Below, piece by piece: positions 33,501 through 47,084 of a stretch of 64,000 bases of DNA. Source of the DNA: Macrostomum lignano (Eukaryota); NCBI GenBank assembly GCA_002269645.1, contig NIVC01000985.1, positions 62,001 to 126,000 of the forward strand. The letters are read 5' to 3'. Below the pieces are notes generated by a model that saw nothing but the letters and a program-made list of their open reading frames with translations, was not told the origin of the DNA and ran no database searches. A program made the position numbers and the translations under genes. Every line of letters starts with the position of its first letter. The first letter of the stretch is position 1.

Positions 33501-36500
33501 AGAATAGAAACTATAAACATATGAAGATTATCTGTTTTTTCTGGTATTGGGCCATTTTCACTCATTCATTTCTCCAAACAGAGAGGGGTAGACCAATATA
33601 TATAGGCAATATACAGTGTTTTGGAATTTAACTTTGACATTTATTTGTGTCCTAATAAAACTTTGCATCCGAAAATTCTAGCTGCCTAACTAGAACAATT
33701 CTATTATAGGCCTAATAGTTTAACAGTTTAATAGTAGATGATAAGCAAGATAGCAATTAATAAAACTGTTATGGTTTATAAAATTGAAAATCCATGAAAA
33801 AGTAATACTGGCTTAATTGCACAAAATGGAAATTTCAACACTAAAAGAAAGTTTACTTGAAGCCACTTTAAAATTTGAATGCTTTCAAATGTAGATTGAA
33901 TGCAAGTATAGCAGAAAAAGAGCAAACCTACTTATAAAATATAATCTTTCAACCATAGGCATTATCATCAGCAATAAGTGCCAATAGTTACCAATTGATT
34001 TCTTAAACTCTAGAGCAGGGTAAGCAAACTCTACCCACAAAGCCCTTCTATTTGTCTGTTATTTCCATTACCTATGTTATTAACAAAATTCTTTGCTTTT
34101 TTCACATTGAGATGCTTAGGAACAGCACAAATGACTGCAAAAGCTAGGAATTTATTTTAATAACTGTATTAAATTTTAACCACTTTTGGCCATTTCTATA
34201 AAGAAAAAAAGCTAAAGGTCAGAAACAATGCATTTTTAATTTTTTAATAACAATAATAACATTATGTGCAGTGCAGTGCAGTGTAGTGCCAGTGGACTTG
34301 TAGAAGCTACAGATGAATTTCTTTCTTTGGTTGTTTGTTTCTAAGAACTAAAGAAAATATTTTTATTAACTTAAAAAAATTAAAAGCGAAGATATTTTAC
34401 TGAAACTAACAAAGTAAAAACATGTTTCAAGTATTTCTTCATTAACTACAGCGCAATACCATATGATACTATTCACTCAATTTTTAATTTAGGAATGACA
34501 AATGCTAAAAATGTGACAACTAGCATAATAGCTAAGTATATCAGTTTTAAATTTAAATATTATGATTGTTGCAAAGTAGCTATAATAGACTTTTGAAATT
34601 CAAGTAACTTAGGCCTACTGTTATTCCATTATCAAAATAGGAAAGTAACTTGTATAAGGAACACTTTACAAAAAAGTAACTTGCATTACCATTTGCAAGT
34701 TATTCAGTAACGGAAGTGCCCAACACTAGTTATAGTCTATACTCCCAAAGATGATGTTTTTAAAGGAAAATTCTTGTATCATACATGCGCAACTGCTGGC
34801 TGACCTGGCTGATCTGGCCACCATAAATTGTGGTAGACCAGGGGTAAGTCGCAAAAATGCCCAGCCTAAAGAATAGACAGTCTAATTAGATGATGAGGCA
34901 TTTAGCCCTTATAGGACAGTCATAGTTACTCTTGCCGTTTACCCAAAATTGCATTAGTGTTTCTTTCACAGGTAGAAAAAGGTGCATTTTTGGTCAAAAA
35001 GTAAGTTGCATGGCCAGTGTAAATCAGGGGGTTGCGCATGTATGTCTTGTATACAACAAGGTCTTAGACAGTCTAGTACTGCATGCACAGTGTGCATCAA
35101 GGAGTTGGAAAAGTTTTTAGGCATACTTCACATAGCAAGGCAATGTATAAAAAGGTAAAAATGTATGGTACTATTGTCAGAGCTATGTAGTAGCTATGTC
35201 ACAGAAATTTTCCAATCATTCTAAAAATATGACATGATACTTGTCACTTTTGAAACGAGTATTATATATAATAATTTTTAAGACAGATAATGTAATAATT
35301 GAAAAGCAAATAAATGTATTTAGATTGCAAACAAAAGAGCATTGCCATAAGCATTGTTTATTTGCAATCTTAAATAAAATTCAAAACACAAAAAAGCTAT
35401 ATAGTTATAACACAAAAAGGTCCCTTATTATTGTAGTGCCCTAAATTGTAATCTTTTCCTAGTCTATTGCTATTGGTGTACACTTATTTAGGGTAGACTT
35501 AATGCATAATAATGTGTAGAGCAAAAAAAATTCTCATACTTGGGACTATGGGTTATGGTATAGGCCTACTTAAAGTACCTTGATTGGCTTAAAGTTCAAC
35601 TTCAATTTAAAACTACAAGACTAAACATACTTAGACATAGGCATAATCTTATAAGTTACGGCTTATGCTTTATAAAATTATGTTTTCCAGCAGTTTTAAA
35701 CAATAAATTATTTAATTATTTAATTAGCCCCCCTAATTAATTTTAAAATTAGACCCACTAGATGGCTAGGTCTATATTGACTAGGGCCTAGCTAGGCCTA
35801 TGTTATGCACATTGCACATAATGGCCTGGCCTATGACTATGTCATGTGTACAAAATATTACATTTCAATAAAAGTTCATATAGATAAAGTAAGACAGATT
35901 ATAGATAGGCTTAGAGCAAATTTGCTAATAATTACAATTACAAGACAATATCACAATGATAATGTAATGATAATAGGCAGCCTAGGGACTATCATTCTAT
36001 CAAATCAACTCAGGTGATAATAATAGACCTAAGAGATGAGATAAAATGTCTAAACTAATAAGACTGACTAGGTCTAGGATGTTGAAGAATCTAAAACTAA
36101 GTCATATACTCATATCATATAGTCATAGATATAGGCTATAGCCATTATGCACAATGCATGTACTATATAAGCTAGTCTTAGGCCTAACATAGCCTAGGCC
36201 TATATATTGATAGATATCCAGAATCCAGGATAGGCCATAAGCGATGGATATCTTGCATGCGCTAACTTTTGAATGAAGGACTTGACAATGTTGACTACTC
36301 TACTCTGTCACTCTGACTGTGCTCTATTTACCTACACCATTATCCATACTATAACATTAACAATGCTTGCAACCAGAACCAGCTATAAATTTTTTAGCGT
36401 GAAGTGAAACGTGTTTAAAAAAAATTGAGTGACCTAACAAAGCTGAGCTAAAGCTATGCAAGGAGACGGGGCTGTGCCTTTTATAACTGGTCATAATTAT

Positions 36501-36853
36501 TATTTAAAAATATGGAAAAAATCTTAAGCCCATCATGCACATCCAACTTCGTGGTGGAGGGGCGAGTGTCCATTTAAGGGTGTTTTGTCCTGCTGTGTGC
36601 TTGCTTCTCAAACTTGTCCATCTAATTTTGCTAGCCTATCCACACCTGCTTTATTGCATCATGTTAGCTTAATTAATTTAATTCTACCCTCTTTCTGTAT
36701 TATTGCCTTACGATGCTGATTGCTCAGCGAAACATGTCACGAAAACATCAATAAAAATCTATGGTTTAAAGAAAAAGAAAATAAAGAAGAAAACATGCGC
36801 GAATTTTCGGTTTTGCGTTCATTTTCCTATAGCATTCCTAAAACGGTGGTGTA

Positions 36854-37166
36854 CCCATGGAGGAAAGAATAGAATGGAGTGCTATTCTGAGCCAGTTATT
36901 TTTATCTCGCTCTATTTTCGCTTTTAACATCCCTTTCCCCCCTTCCTTGGCTGAAAGCATATTTTTATGCGAGCTCATACTATGCTGGGACAGACCTTTC
37001 AGAGGGGAACGAAAACGAAAACGAGACGAAAAATACTTTGTCTATGGCAGTCACGAGCCAATAGGAAAGAACGGGGGGGAAAGGGATGTTAAAAGTTGAG
37101 ATCGAGCGAGATAAAAATAACTGGCTAGCTCAGATTAGCACTCCATTCTTTTCTTTCCTCCATGGG
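36854..37166. mobile_element. MITE with ~100-bp TIRs, CCC...GGG termini and a TGTA target duplication
   Basis: tgta|cccatggaggaaagaatagaatggagtgct... / ...agcactccattcttttctttcctccatggg|tgta. Confidence 0.8.
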
Positions 37167-37599
37167 TGTACCCAACCTCAACTCTAAGAAATCTGGACTT
37201 TTTGCTGGCTCTCAATGAGAGATTTTAAAAAATGAGAAATAAAAAAATAAATGAAAAGAAATAAAAAAGTAACAGTGCTGTTTCCTCAAGCTGCTAAATT
37301 AAGTATTCCATTCCATAATTTAATGCCAGAAGTGACTGCAATGCCAAACTTACCAGCCAAAAATTGTTTTTCCCGAACCAGACATTTATATTACATACTC
37401 GTATGTACACACCACATTAGGAAAATCAAGCTGATCTCTAAGGCCCACAGGGCAATATAAGAGCCAACCATGCTGGGACTACTCTGGCCAAAGTCAGAGT
37501 GCACTCTAGGCCAAAGTGCACTATCTCTGCACTATCCCAAAGTTGCACTATCTCAATGTGCACTCTAGGCCAGAGTGCACTCTGGCCAAAGTGCACTAT

Positions 37600-38250
37600 C
37601 CTTTGAAACCGCATTCAACTCATCATCAACCAGAGGCTTCTCAACATCCAGAGCGGCTTTCGATCTGGACGCTGTGATCATCATTGACACCTGCGAGACT
37701 CGCCAAAAGGCGGTCAATTGTTTTTGTAGATTTCTGCAAAGCTTTTGACTCCGTCAGCCCCGCTGGCGGCCATTGCCTGGCTCCTCCAGCAGCATGGAGT
37801 TCCTAAGCTGCTGGTCCAGGCGATCATGGACCTCTACAGCTCGTCCAAGGCTTTTGTCCAGACTGAACACGGCCCTACACCTGAATTTGCCACCACCTCC
37901 ATCCGGGGTCCTGCAAGGTGACCCTATCACCGTTTCTATTCGTTATCCTGATTGACTACGTCATGCGGCTGGCTCTGCGCGACGAAGACGGCTATGTGGT
38001 GCCTCGCCGCAGCTCCCGCTTTCCCTGTGTCAAGCTGATCTGCCTCGTCTTCGCCGACGACTTGGCGCTGACCTGCTGCAGCCCCGAAGCTGCGCAGAGG
38101 GCGGTGAGTCGGCTGGCTGACGAGGGGAAGCGCGTGGGGCTCCACATCAAATAGGCTCGTACAGCAAGACAGAGGTGCTGCATTTTGGCATTGCCAACTC
38201 TCCACCGCCGCTGCTTCTACCGGACGGCAACACCATCAGACCTGAGTGTG
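37600..38250 (+). pseudogene. Decayed non-LTR retrotransposon reverse transcriptase fragment (RTE-like)
   Basis: Frameshifted motifs QSGFR, VDFCKAFDSV, HGVPKLLVQAIMDLY, GVLQGD, SPFLFVILIDYVMR and LVFADDLAL. Confidence 0.88.
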
Positions 38251-39186
38251 GGCTCTGCCGCTGAGGATCGAGTAGGTCTACCAGCGGATAAATATCGGGC
38301 CACCAAAGTGGGTTGATAAAATTCCCAAGGGGTTTAGAGGGCCCTTTTGGAGATGGGTGTCTTTACTGCAAATGTCGCAACTACTACACGGCTTGACTCC
38401 GCCCAAACCGGCTGTAGACCTGCAGTTTTAGAGATGGGATCTTGCCAGCGAGTTTGCACGATGTACTAGCATGAAAGCGAACACTTCTTACAGCGTGAAA
38501 TCTAGCTTAGCAACAATTCATGGACCTTTTAGACTACAGTATATAACAGTAGGGACGGCAATTTTTACGTTACTTAGAAAATCGGAGAGGAATTTTCCGG
38601 GGATTTAATCGCCTAAAGGACCGACAAGGCTAGTAGGGAAAACAGTCAGCTTTGGGTGAAGGTCGTTTGCCAAACTCTTGAGCTTGAGATGCTCAGGGAA
38701 CCCCGAAATTGTGAAGGCTCACCGGGTGGTTGAAGACTAAAAAACAAAGGCCCCACGGGGAATCAGAATGAGGAAATAAAATTAAGTTTCGTGCAGGTAA
38801 AGACTAAGAGAGATGCGAGAGAGTCACCATATCATGAATAAGTAAAGAAGGGATGCACCATGCCCGTGACAGAGACGCAAGCGCTGCTTACTAGTTCTAT
38901 TGAGGCTCAGCATATGCGGGATTTTCAATTAAAGCCCAAGCTTAGCAGGTCGATATCGGATAGGGAATGGTATAAAGCAACCATAGACCGCAGAGAACCG
39001 TAACAACCCGCAATCTCGTTCACTCTAGAGCCTAAGGCTACGCCCAGTGGTGAGTAAAGCCTCCCTGACCCTCCCTGCGGATTCAACGGCAGCCCTGGGC
39101 AGCTTATTAACGCAGTATAGAGTTTTGAAGGTAAGACTGCCTAAATCAGCGCCCTGCAATTCATACATCGAGCTCATCGAAGCGGA

Positions 39187-42107
39187 ATGGAGCTGATGCG
39201 CTCAGATATAAGTCGCCTCTATCCGGACACGTACTTCAGTCCGGTCACCTGGGAAATGGACCAGGAGCGCTTTCTGCGACTCCGGGTGAAAATTAACTCG
39301 GAAGGACTAATCGAACTGGATTTGAGCTCGCAGAACATTGTTGACTTGCCGCAGGAGGCCTACAACTTTAGCCGAGTCGAGTTGCTGAATGTATCCAAGA
39401 ACAGACTCGAGAGGCTGGGCCACCAGATCGGGCAATTTCGTCGGCTCAAGATTCTTCACGCCTACCTGAACTGCCTGTCTCATGTGCCCGACACCATCTC
39501 CAACTGCAACCAGCTCACGGAGCTGGACCTCTCCAACAACAATCTTTCTTCGCTGCCTGGCACGATTGGCTACATGAAGAATATGAAAGTGCTCAACATA
39601 TCGTCCAACTATTTTGAGCAACTGCCGCACGGCATAGGACAAATGGAGAATTTAAAGTCACTGAATGCTCAGAACAACAAGCTGTGGGGCGTACCGTTTA
39701 CGATGAAGAACTTAAAGAGTTTGAGAAGCCTCAACCTAGCTCACAATCGTTTCAATGTACTGCCTGAGGTAATCTGTTCAATTCGATCGATCAGGGAGCT
39801 TAATCTCAAAGGCAACCGCCTAGTTGACCTTCCAATTGAGATGCAGCAGCTGCGTAACCTTCAAGTGAGTGTAAAAATAATGATTAGAATGCTCCTAATT
39901 GAAAAGAAATTTGTTAAGAAATTGTTAAGAAACCAACAAGATTACGAGCTACCATTTAGGAAAATTGTAACTAACTTACTTTTTCACACTGCAGGATCTA
40001 AATCTGTCCAAGAACAAGTTCGAAACCATGCCTCAGTCAATCCTGGGCATTCGCTGCTTAGTGACTTTAAACCTGTCCAACAATCAGCTCAATCACGTGC
40101 CTTACCGTTTGTCGCGTCTGACAAAACTTAGAACTCTGCTTCTGCAAGACAATAAGATTCTGTCCTTCTCTTGCGATTGCGTGTCGCTCGAAACGTTGAA
40201 CCTCTCCGACAACAGCATGAAGTCGCTCTCGGTTGAGAAACTCGTCAACCTGAAGATGCTGAACCTGGCTGACAACCTGTTGGAGGCCGTTCCTATGGGA
40301 TTGTCGGATGCAACGGCTCTCGAGAGGCTGTTCTTGCAAAACAATCGTCTCTACTACCTGCCTCCGGACATTGCCTTGTTAAAGCGTCTCAGAACGCTCG
40401 ACCTCGGCAACAACCGCCTATCACAACTGCCGCCCACTCTAAACGAGCTAGCCAACTTGGAGTTTCTCAACATCAACGGTAACTCGATTAGTTCTGGGCC
40501 GATTGTGGTTCCGGGCCAGGTAGAAACTGGAGGAGCTGTTGGTGGTCGAGGTCGTCAACACCACCAGTCATATCCGCAACTACAGCAACAGCAGCAACAT
40601 CAACTACAGCAGCAGCAACAACAGCATCAAAAGCATCAACAGCAAATGCAGCAGCTTCAGGTGCCCCAGGGCCAGCAACCACAGGTGTCACCCAAGGCAT
40701 GGCTTGCAGCAGGTGGTCCGCAACCGGCCGTCACAAGCCGCAACCGTCACGGTGAGCTTCGCTCAAAATCGCAGTCCACATTTCTAAGAAACGGCGGCGG
40801 CGGTGGCGGCGGCCCAGCCAAAAAAGGAGGCCACGGCACGGCCAAGCGGAACGCGGCCCAGCGTAACACGTCTCACACGAGCAACAATGGGCACCTGCAG
40901 CAGCACCGTCGATCGTTTCACGCCGCTCTGCCTGACAGCAACATTGAAAGCGTCTCGGAGCCCGAGGGCGGCGGTCGACGCAGAGCGATAACACCAACGC
41001 CAATGTCTACCTCATTCGTTGGCGCCTTTGGTCAGCAGTCCGCCGTGATGGCAACCAAAGTGCTGCCGCTTCAGCCATCCAACGGGAACATTTTTATGTA
41101 CGATCCGACCAGCTACCCGGCCTCGCTGCAGGTGGCCTCAATCCAGGACCTGCACCAGGCGTCCATCATCGACCAGCTGGTGAATTCGCCCGACAGCACT
41201 TCAGACGAAGAAGACAGGCGACCAGTCCGTACGACGGTGTCCTCGAGGTCACAACCGGCTCAGCAGCATCTCCAGAATCATCATCAGCCGCAGCCGAACC
41301 AGAAGATGCAGAATCGTGTCGACTACAATCTGCTTGGCGTCTGCAACGAAGTGGAGACTCTGTTGCACGAGAATTGGGCCCGGCCGGCCGAGCGCTGGAA
41401 AAAGCTTAGCATTCGATCATTGAGGAAGGCCAAGTCCAAGTATGAATTCCATGTTACTCTTTTGTAGTGCAGCTCTTATACTTACAGTTTATCTGCAAAT
41501 TGTTTTATATTTTGTTCACAGCCAGGACCTCCGCTCCCAGACGGCAATGGACCGCAGTCCCAGCCTGCCGGTGCGGACGCTCAGCCAGCGCAGGGGTCAC
41601 TCGGTGCAGGCCCAGCCCGACGTGTTTGTCATCACCCAGGCCGGCGGACTGTTTGCGTCCACCTTTGATCCGGCTGTTCGGATTCACTTCCCAGCCAACT
41701 CGGTTGAGAAGGCCATCGAGCTGCATATGCGGGTTGAGTCTATTGATAAGTCACTGATTGACGAGCTGCGCCAGGTGCTGCCAGCCGTTGACAACCTGGT
41801 GACCGTGGGGCACCTGGTGCGCGTCGAGCAGATCACGGAAGCGCCGCTGCACGCGCAGGTCACGCTGTTCCTGCCGCTGCCAACTGCCGGCGGTGGAGGC
41901 GGCGCAATCAAAGGCCGTCTGCAGGTCGTGACCCTGCGCGAGGACACCTGCGTGCCGTTCACGTCCGGCTGGCGTCAGACGCCGGGTGGCATCGAACTCA
42001 GGACCTGGCAGCTGGCTGGCAAAGTTGCGGTGGTCACAAAAGCAAAGTGCAAGTATAAGGCCTGCAAGAGTGTTGAGGAACTGCTGGACACTGTGCACAG
42101 CATGTGA
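39187..42107 (+). CDS. Leucine-rich repeat protein with a Q-rich linker and C-terminal ZU5-like domain
   Basis: Exons 39187-39864, 39995-41439 and 41522-~42107 (GT-AG, phases consistent). About 16 LxxLxLxxNxL repeats; ZU5-like STFDPAVRIHFPANSVEKAIELHMRV...VTLFLPLP. The 5' and 3' ends may extend further. Confidence 0.8.
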
Positions 42108-42214
42108 AGAACCAGAAGCTATTTTTACTACTATCTAACAGCGAAACAACAAGTAGTAAGATTGATATTTTGAGTTTAGGCTTCATGTGTGCATTCCACT
42201 CTCATGTATTTATT

Positions 42215-42545
42215 TTTTCATTGGAGGCAGGGGGCTGTGTGTACCCTGCTGGCACACTTTAAGCGACATTGTCACACAACCGGCGATTCCGCCGACTCCC
42301 CTGAGCAGGCACACATGCGCGCGGATACGCACGCAGGAATCGCACAGGTCCACACTCACACAGGAGAGTACAGCGGCCCTAGCTGTATTTATCGTTAGGC
42401 ATGTACACTTCACTGTGCCCAGGGGGTTGGCCCTCAAGGGCGTTAATTGCACGAGCAGAGCAAAGCCGAGATTCCAATTTAGCCCCAAATTAAAGTGACT
42501 TCACTTGAAATCGAGCCTGAGCCGCTGGCAGATAAGAGCCCCCTT
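42215..42545 (-). mobile_element. tRNA-derived SINE, family A
   Basis: Near-identical to 6848-7190. Confidence 0.82.
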
Positions 42546-43384
42546 ACTCTCAGTTGTAAAGTAGAACTGATTCTCTCAATCCTCTCAATCCCAAAGACTA
42601 TTTCGCACGTAAATTTCATAAATCTTTGAGTCAGCATTCAAGGATCTGCTATTAACCATCATAGCCTGAATCTGTTCATGCTGGACGGCAGATTATACAA
42701 GCTGAAGATGTCGAATTTCGAAAATTTCAATGCGGATGTGTGTGCGGCCTGGTCATCAATCCTTAAATGAGCGCACTTGAGGCCAGGGTGGTCTCGTCAG
42801 TAAACGTTTTTTTATCACCTAAAACTTCTTCGCATTGATGCGCGCTCGTAGTAATATTAATCTTTATTCTACGAGTATCAGTAAGTTTCAATTGGCTAAG
42901 AGGACTGCCGAGACTACTTTATTTAGATGTTTTAGGTCTGTACATGTACTTACGTACCCTCGAATCTTTAACCCTCAGCCTCCCTTCACTAAATCGCTGC
43001 AACTTTATGGCTGTGCAATGCTACTTTTTCGAATATCTTGATTCTATATATTTATAAGCCTCGATACAAACGACTTTAATTTGTCGTTTTGTTTGAACTC
43101 AACGTACTTTTAAATAATGAATACTTTGCACGAATTTTCCTCTGCATTGCTCGGCTCCACTGTATCTCCTTTTCATGCATTGATTGCCATTTTGCACTAT
43201 ACTCTGCTAACAAAAACATGTCACTTTGTGATGGAGCAATTTTTTTTATTGATATTAATGCACACCCATCCTTGATTTATATTCCTAAAAAAGCAATAAA
43301 ACTTTAAAATAGCTCGTACATGTACATCACTGTGCCGCACCGTTGAGCAGCTTTGTTGTGTTGATGTCTCAGCTGGAATTTTGA

Positions 43385-43622
43385 TCTACTTTGAATCTGC
43401 CTCTCCGCTCATTGAATCCGCCTCTCCGCTCATTGAATCCGCCTCTCCGCTCATTGAATCTGCCTCTCCGCTCATTGAATCTGCCTCTCCGCTCATTAAA
43501 TCTGCCTCTCTGCTCATTGAATCCGCCTCTCCGCTCATTGAATCCGCCTCTCCGCTCATTTAATCTGCCTCTCTGCTCATTGAATCTGCCTCTCCGCTCA
43601 TTGAATCTGCCTCTCCGCTCAT
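43385..43622. repeat. 21-bp minisatellite (attgaatccgcctctccgctc)
   Basis: About 11 copies. Confidence 0.93.
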
Positions 43623-43848
43623 TATGCCTTGCGTTAGTTCTCTTCTCGCTTCCTTATACGAGCGTAATAAACCTTATCATTAAACATCTGCTTAGGAAAA
43701 CGATAAAAAATGTCTATGACAAAAGCGCCAGTCAGTAAATGTACGCAGTAAATCAGATTGAAAGAATCCCTAATTAGGATGTAAAAAATATACTCTGCAG
43801 AATCGGCGCCAGCACGAGCTATCGTATCAACTGTTCGGAACTTTTAGT

Positions 43849-46800
43849 ATGGCCGCCAGAAAGAGACAACCGACCCTTGGAAACCCACTAGGCGCTCGCA
43901 TTGAGATGATGCCCAGGCAGCAGCAGCCGCCCAAGCCTCAGGCGTCACACTCGTCAGTAAGTTCGGCAGCGCCAGCCATCGCTACGGCTGACGAGGTCGG
44001 CCAGGCTTCCATTGACAACATTGTGACCGCGGTGCGAATGTTCTCCGAGTCGCTGCTCACTAACAGAGTCTCCAAAGAGGCGCAGCAAGAAGTCAAGGCT
44101 CTGGCCGCGCAGATGGAGGTGAGATGGAGAGCTGAGATGGGGAGGTGAGATGGGGAGGTGAGATGGGGAGGTGAGATGAAGAAGAGAGAAGGGGAAGAGC
44201 GGGCAGTAGTATACGGGAAGGTGAGGATGAGTGAGAGGGTAGAGGGGGCGCTCTTAAGCAGTAGCCGATTGAGAAGCTGAGAATAGACTGAGCAGGCGCA
44301 GCACCGACTGTCCCGCTACCTGGCAGGTGCTCATCGCCCGCCGCAGGCTGTCGGATAGCCGCTCCCGATCGCCCAACGCGGCGGAGACGCGACTGGCGCT
44401 GCGCAACTTGAAGCGTTTTCTAGAAAGGGAGGCGGCTGGGGAGCGACTGGCGGCACCGGGTGGCAAGCTGCAATGCGTGTCTTGCACGACCGACACTCTG
44501 GAGTCCAGCTGCGGCTCGCGGATACAGGTTTGGCTTCATCTTTGCTTTCAATAGCAAGCCCGCGTATCTGGGCCTGTGTGTACACATGTGCACACATCTA
44601 TAGCTTCTGTTCCGCTTATTGTAGAGGGAAACAGTGTACGCGTATGTGGGTAAATAGCAAGCCAGAAAGTTCATAGCTATAAGAGCATAGCAGATAGATG
44701 GTAGATTAGAGTAGAATTAATGAGCTGAGCTGAGTAGGAAAGAAGAGAAGAGAAAAGACGAGACGAGACGAGAGGAAAGGAGCAAGAGAGGAGAGGAGTA
44801 GGAGAGGAGAAGAGAGAAGAGAGTGGAGAGAGGGGAAAGGAGAGAGGAAAGAGGAGAGAGGAGATAGGGGAGGAGAGGAGAAGAGAGAAGAGAGTGGAGA
44901 GAGGGGAAAGGAGAGAGGAAAGAGGAGAGAGGAGATAGGGGAGGAGAGGAAAGAACGAGAAGGGAATAGAGGAGAAGTGAGCTAGATTATTTTGCGGAGA
45001 CGAGAAGAGAGAAAGGAATGGAATAGGAATAGAGGAAAGCAACGAAAGAGACATATGAAGGAGGGCCTTGTACCTCTGTCTACTAGTCGGTAGTCGCTGC
45101 AATCTCATTGAAAACTTTCAAGGACCATTAACACCACGACACCCGCGGCCCCAACACAACCACCCAGGCCTTCTCGTCGGTCTCAGACCGCACGCAAAGC
45201 CCTGGCACGGATTCCGCTGTCGAGGACGAGGACGCCAGCAGCCCCTGCAATGACGGCGGCGGAGACGGCTGTCGCGCTCTACCATCAGCTGTGACAGCCA
45301 CGATCGTTGAGAACATGCGGCTCCGCTGCTGTCTTCATCGGCAGCCTCACCAAGCCTCGCCAGCGGCCACGCCGCCTTCGGCTGCTGAGAAGCCGCAGCC
45401 AAAAAAGAAGAGGCCTCACAGACCGTCGCAGCAGCCGACCTCACGGCCGCCGTCGCCACCGCCTAAGGAGCTTCTCGGACCGAGCCGACAGGTGCAACTG
45501 TTCAGCTCTGCGGGGCAGCCAGTGTTTCTGCTTCCAGCTTCGGATTTGCCCGACAATGAGCAAGGTTTCGAGCCCGCTTCGAGCTTCCATCGCGCGCAAG
45601 TGGCAGCAGATTTTGCTGAGCCAAACAGCGGCATGGAATCGATTCACTGGTTTCAAGCAAAGCAGCAGCAGCTTCCCCCGGTGATGATTAAACTGCAGCA
45701 ACCGGAAAGAATCGAACGCGAGCCGCTGAGAATCACCAATCCGCAGCTTGAGGAGCTGCTGCAAACACCGCCTCCGCCGCCGCAGCCGCGACCTCTTGAG
45801 GTGGTAGCTGAGCAGCTTGCCTACGAGCCTGAGATGCTCCTGACTGCGGAGGCAGCCGCCGGCTCCGGCTGGTGCGCCTCCTGCGGTCGCTGCACCGTAG
45901 TTGCCGACAAGGCGCTCGTAGGCGAGCAGGGCAACCAGAACTGCGCCAGCGTTGAAGTCCGCCTGCCGATTCCCGGCTCCATTTGCTGCACCGTCACGGC
46001 GACTGCGGCTGCGGATGTGAGCAGCGACACGTTGGTGAAGGCCGCCAACAAGATTGTGTCCACTTGCAGCTGTCCGTCTGACAGCGACGCTCACAGAGCG
46101 GAGGGCAAAAAAGACCCAACGGACGGGAACAAAGAGACAATGGAGGAAAGCGAAGATATCCAAGATTCATCGGCCCTGATGCACCAGCAGCAGCAGGAGC
46201 AGCAGCACGACGGCACGAAACCTGCCCTTCAGCATGTCGGACTTCAGGCGGCGCCCGTGTTGATCGTGCAGCGAGTCTGCGAGACCTCCAGCCCACCGGA
46301 GCGGCTGGTCTCGTCGGCCAGCCTGCTGGCTTTGATGAGCAGCGGCGTCGGTGGCGTTGAAGATAGCGGAGAAGGCGAAAGAGGCGGCGGCAGCGGCTTT
46401 GACAGCGTGGAAGACATCAACTGGCAGCAGCCGCTGTTTCGGATCGCCGACCTGGTGCGCCAGGTGAGGCTGGCAGCGCCGATGACCCGATCCGGCAGTC
46501 CTGAGCCGGTCGTCGCCGGTCAGCCGAATTGGGATGCCCAGGGAGTCGAGGACATCGGCGAGAGCAACTCCACTTTAGAGGTGCTGGACCAGAGCGGCGA
46601 GACTGACAAGGCGGCGGCGGTGATGGCAGCTGCGGCTCCTCTGGCGCCGACCTGGTCGTCGTGCGAGCTCGGCCAGTCGTCCGGCTTCACTAAACTGCTG
46701 CTCACGCTGGACAAGGCGGCCAAGCGGCGACGCGACCAGGCTTTAGCGAGGCGGCAGCGACACAAGAAGCAGCGTTCCACTCTTTCTCCGCCTCCGCCGA

Positions 46801-47084
46801 CGCCGCAGCCAAAGACGCGAGAGTCTCGACAGCTTAAAAGCTCGAAGCGCAGTCGAAAAACCTCTCGGTCGGGCAACAACAGCAGCTGCCGCGGACTGCG
46901 CCGACAGTTGCACTCGCCGCCTCCGCCTCCTTCGGCATCGTTGAGGTCGCTGTCCGAGGCGATGCGCCAGCAGCAGGCGGCGCTGCACCAGGCTGCCAAA
47001 TCGCTGTCAGGTTTGTCACGCAGCCTGCGGCATTGCGTCCGACAGGTTCAAGACGTCGCGAATGCGGTTAACAGCACTCTGTGA
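43849..47084 (+). CDS. Uncharacterised low-complexity protein (probably 3 exons)
   Basis: Exons 43849-44118, 44327-44527 and ~45168-47084 join in phase 0 with GT-AG. GC-rich coding-like composition and a 597-aa open frame; no recognisable domain. Confidence 0.6.
44745..45045. repeat. Polypurine (GA-rich) low-complexity tract with an internal duplication
   Basis: Visible in sequence; lies in the second intron of the orphan gene. Confidence 0.85.

Noticed and set aside
42770-42815. CTGACGA on the minus strand (hammerhead-like core)
   Set aside because: No stem II/GAAA/stem III arrangement could be built.
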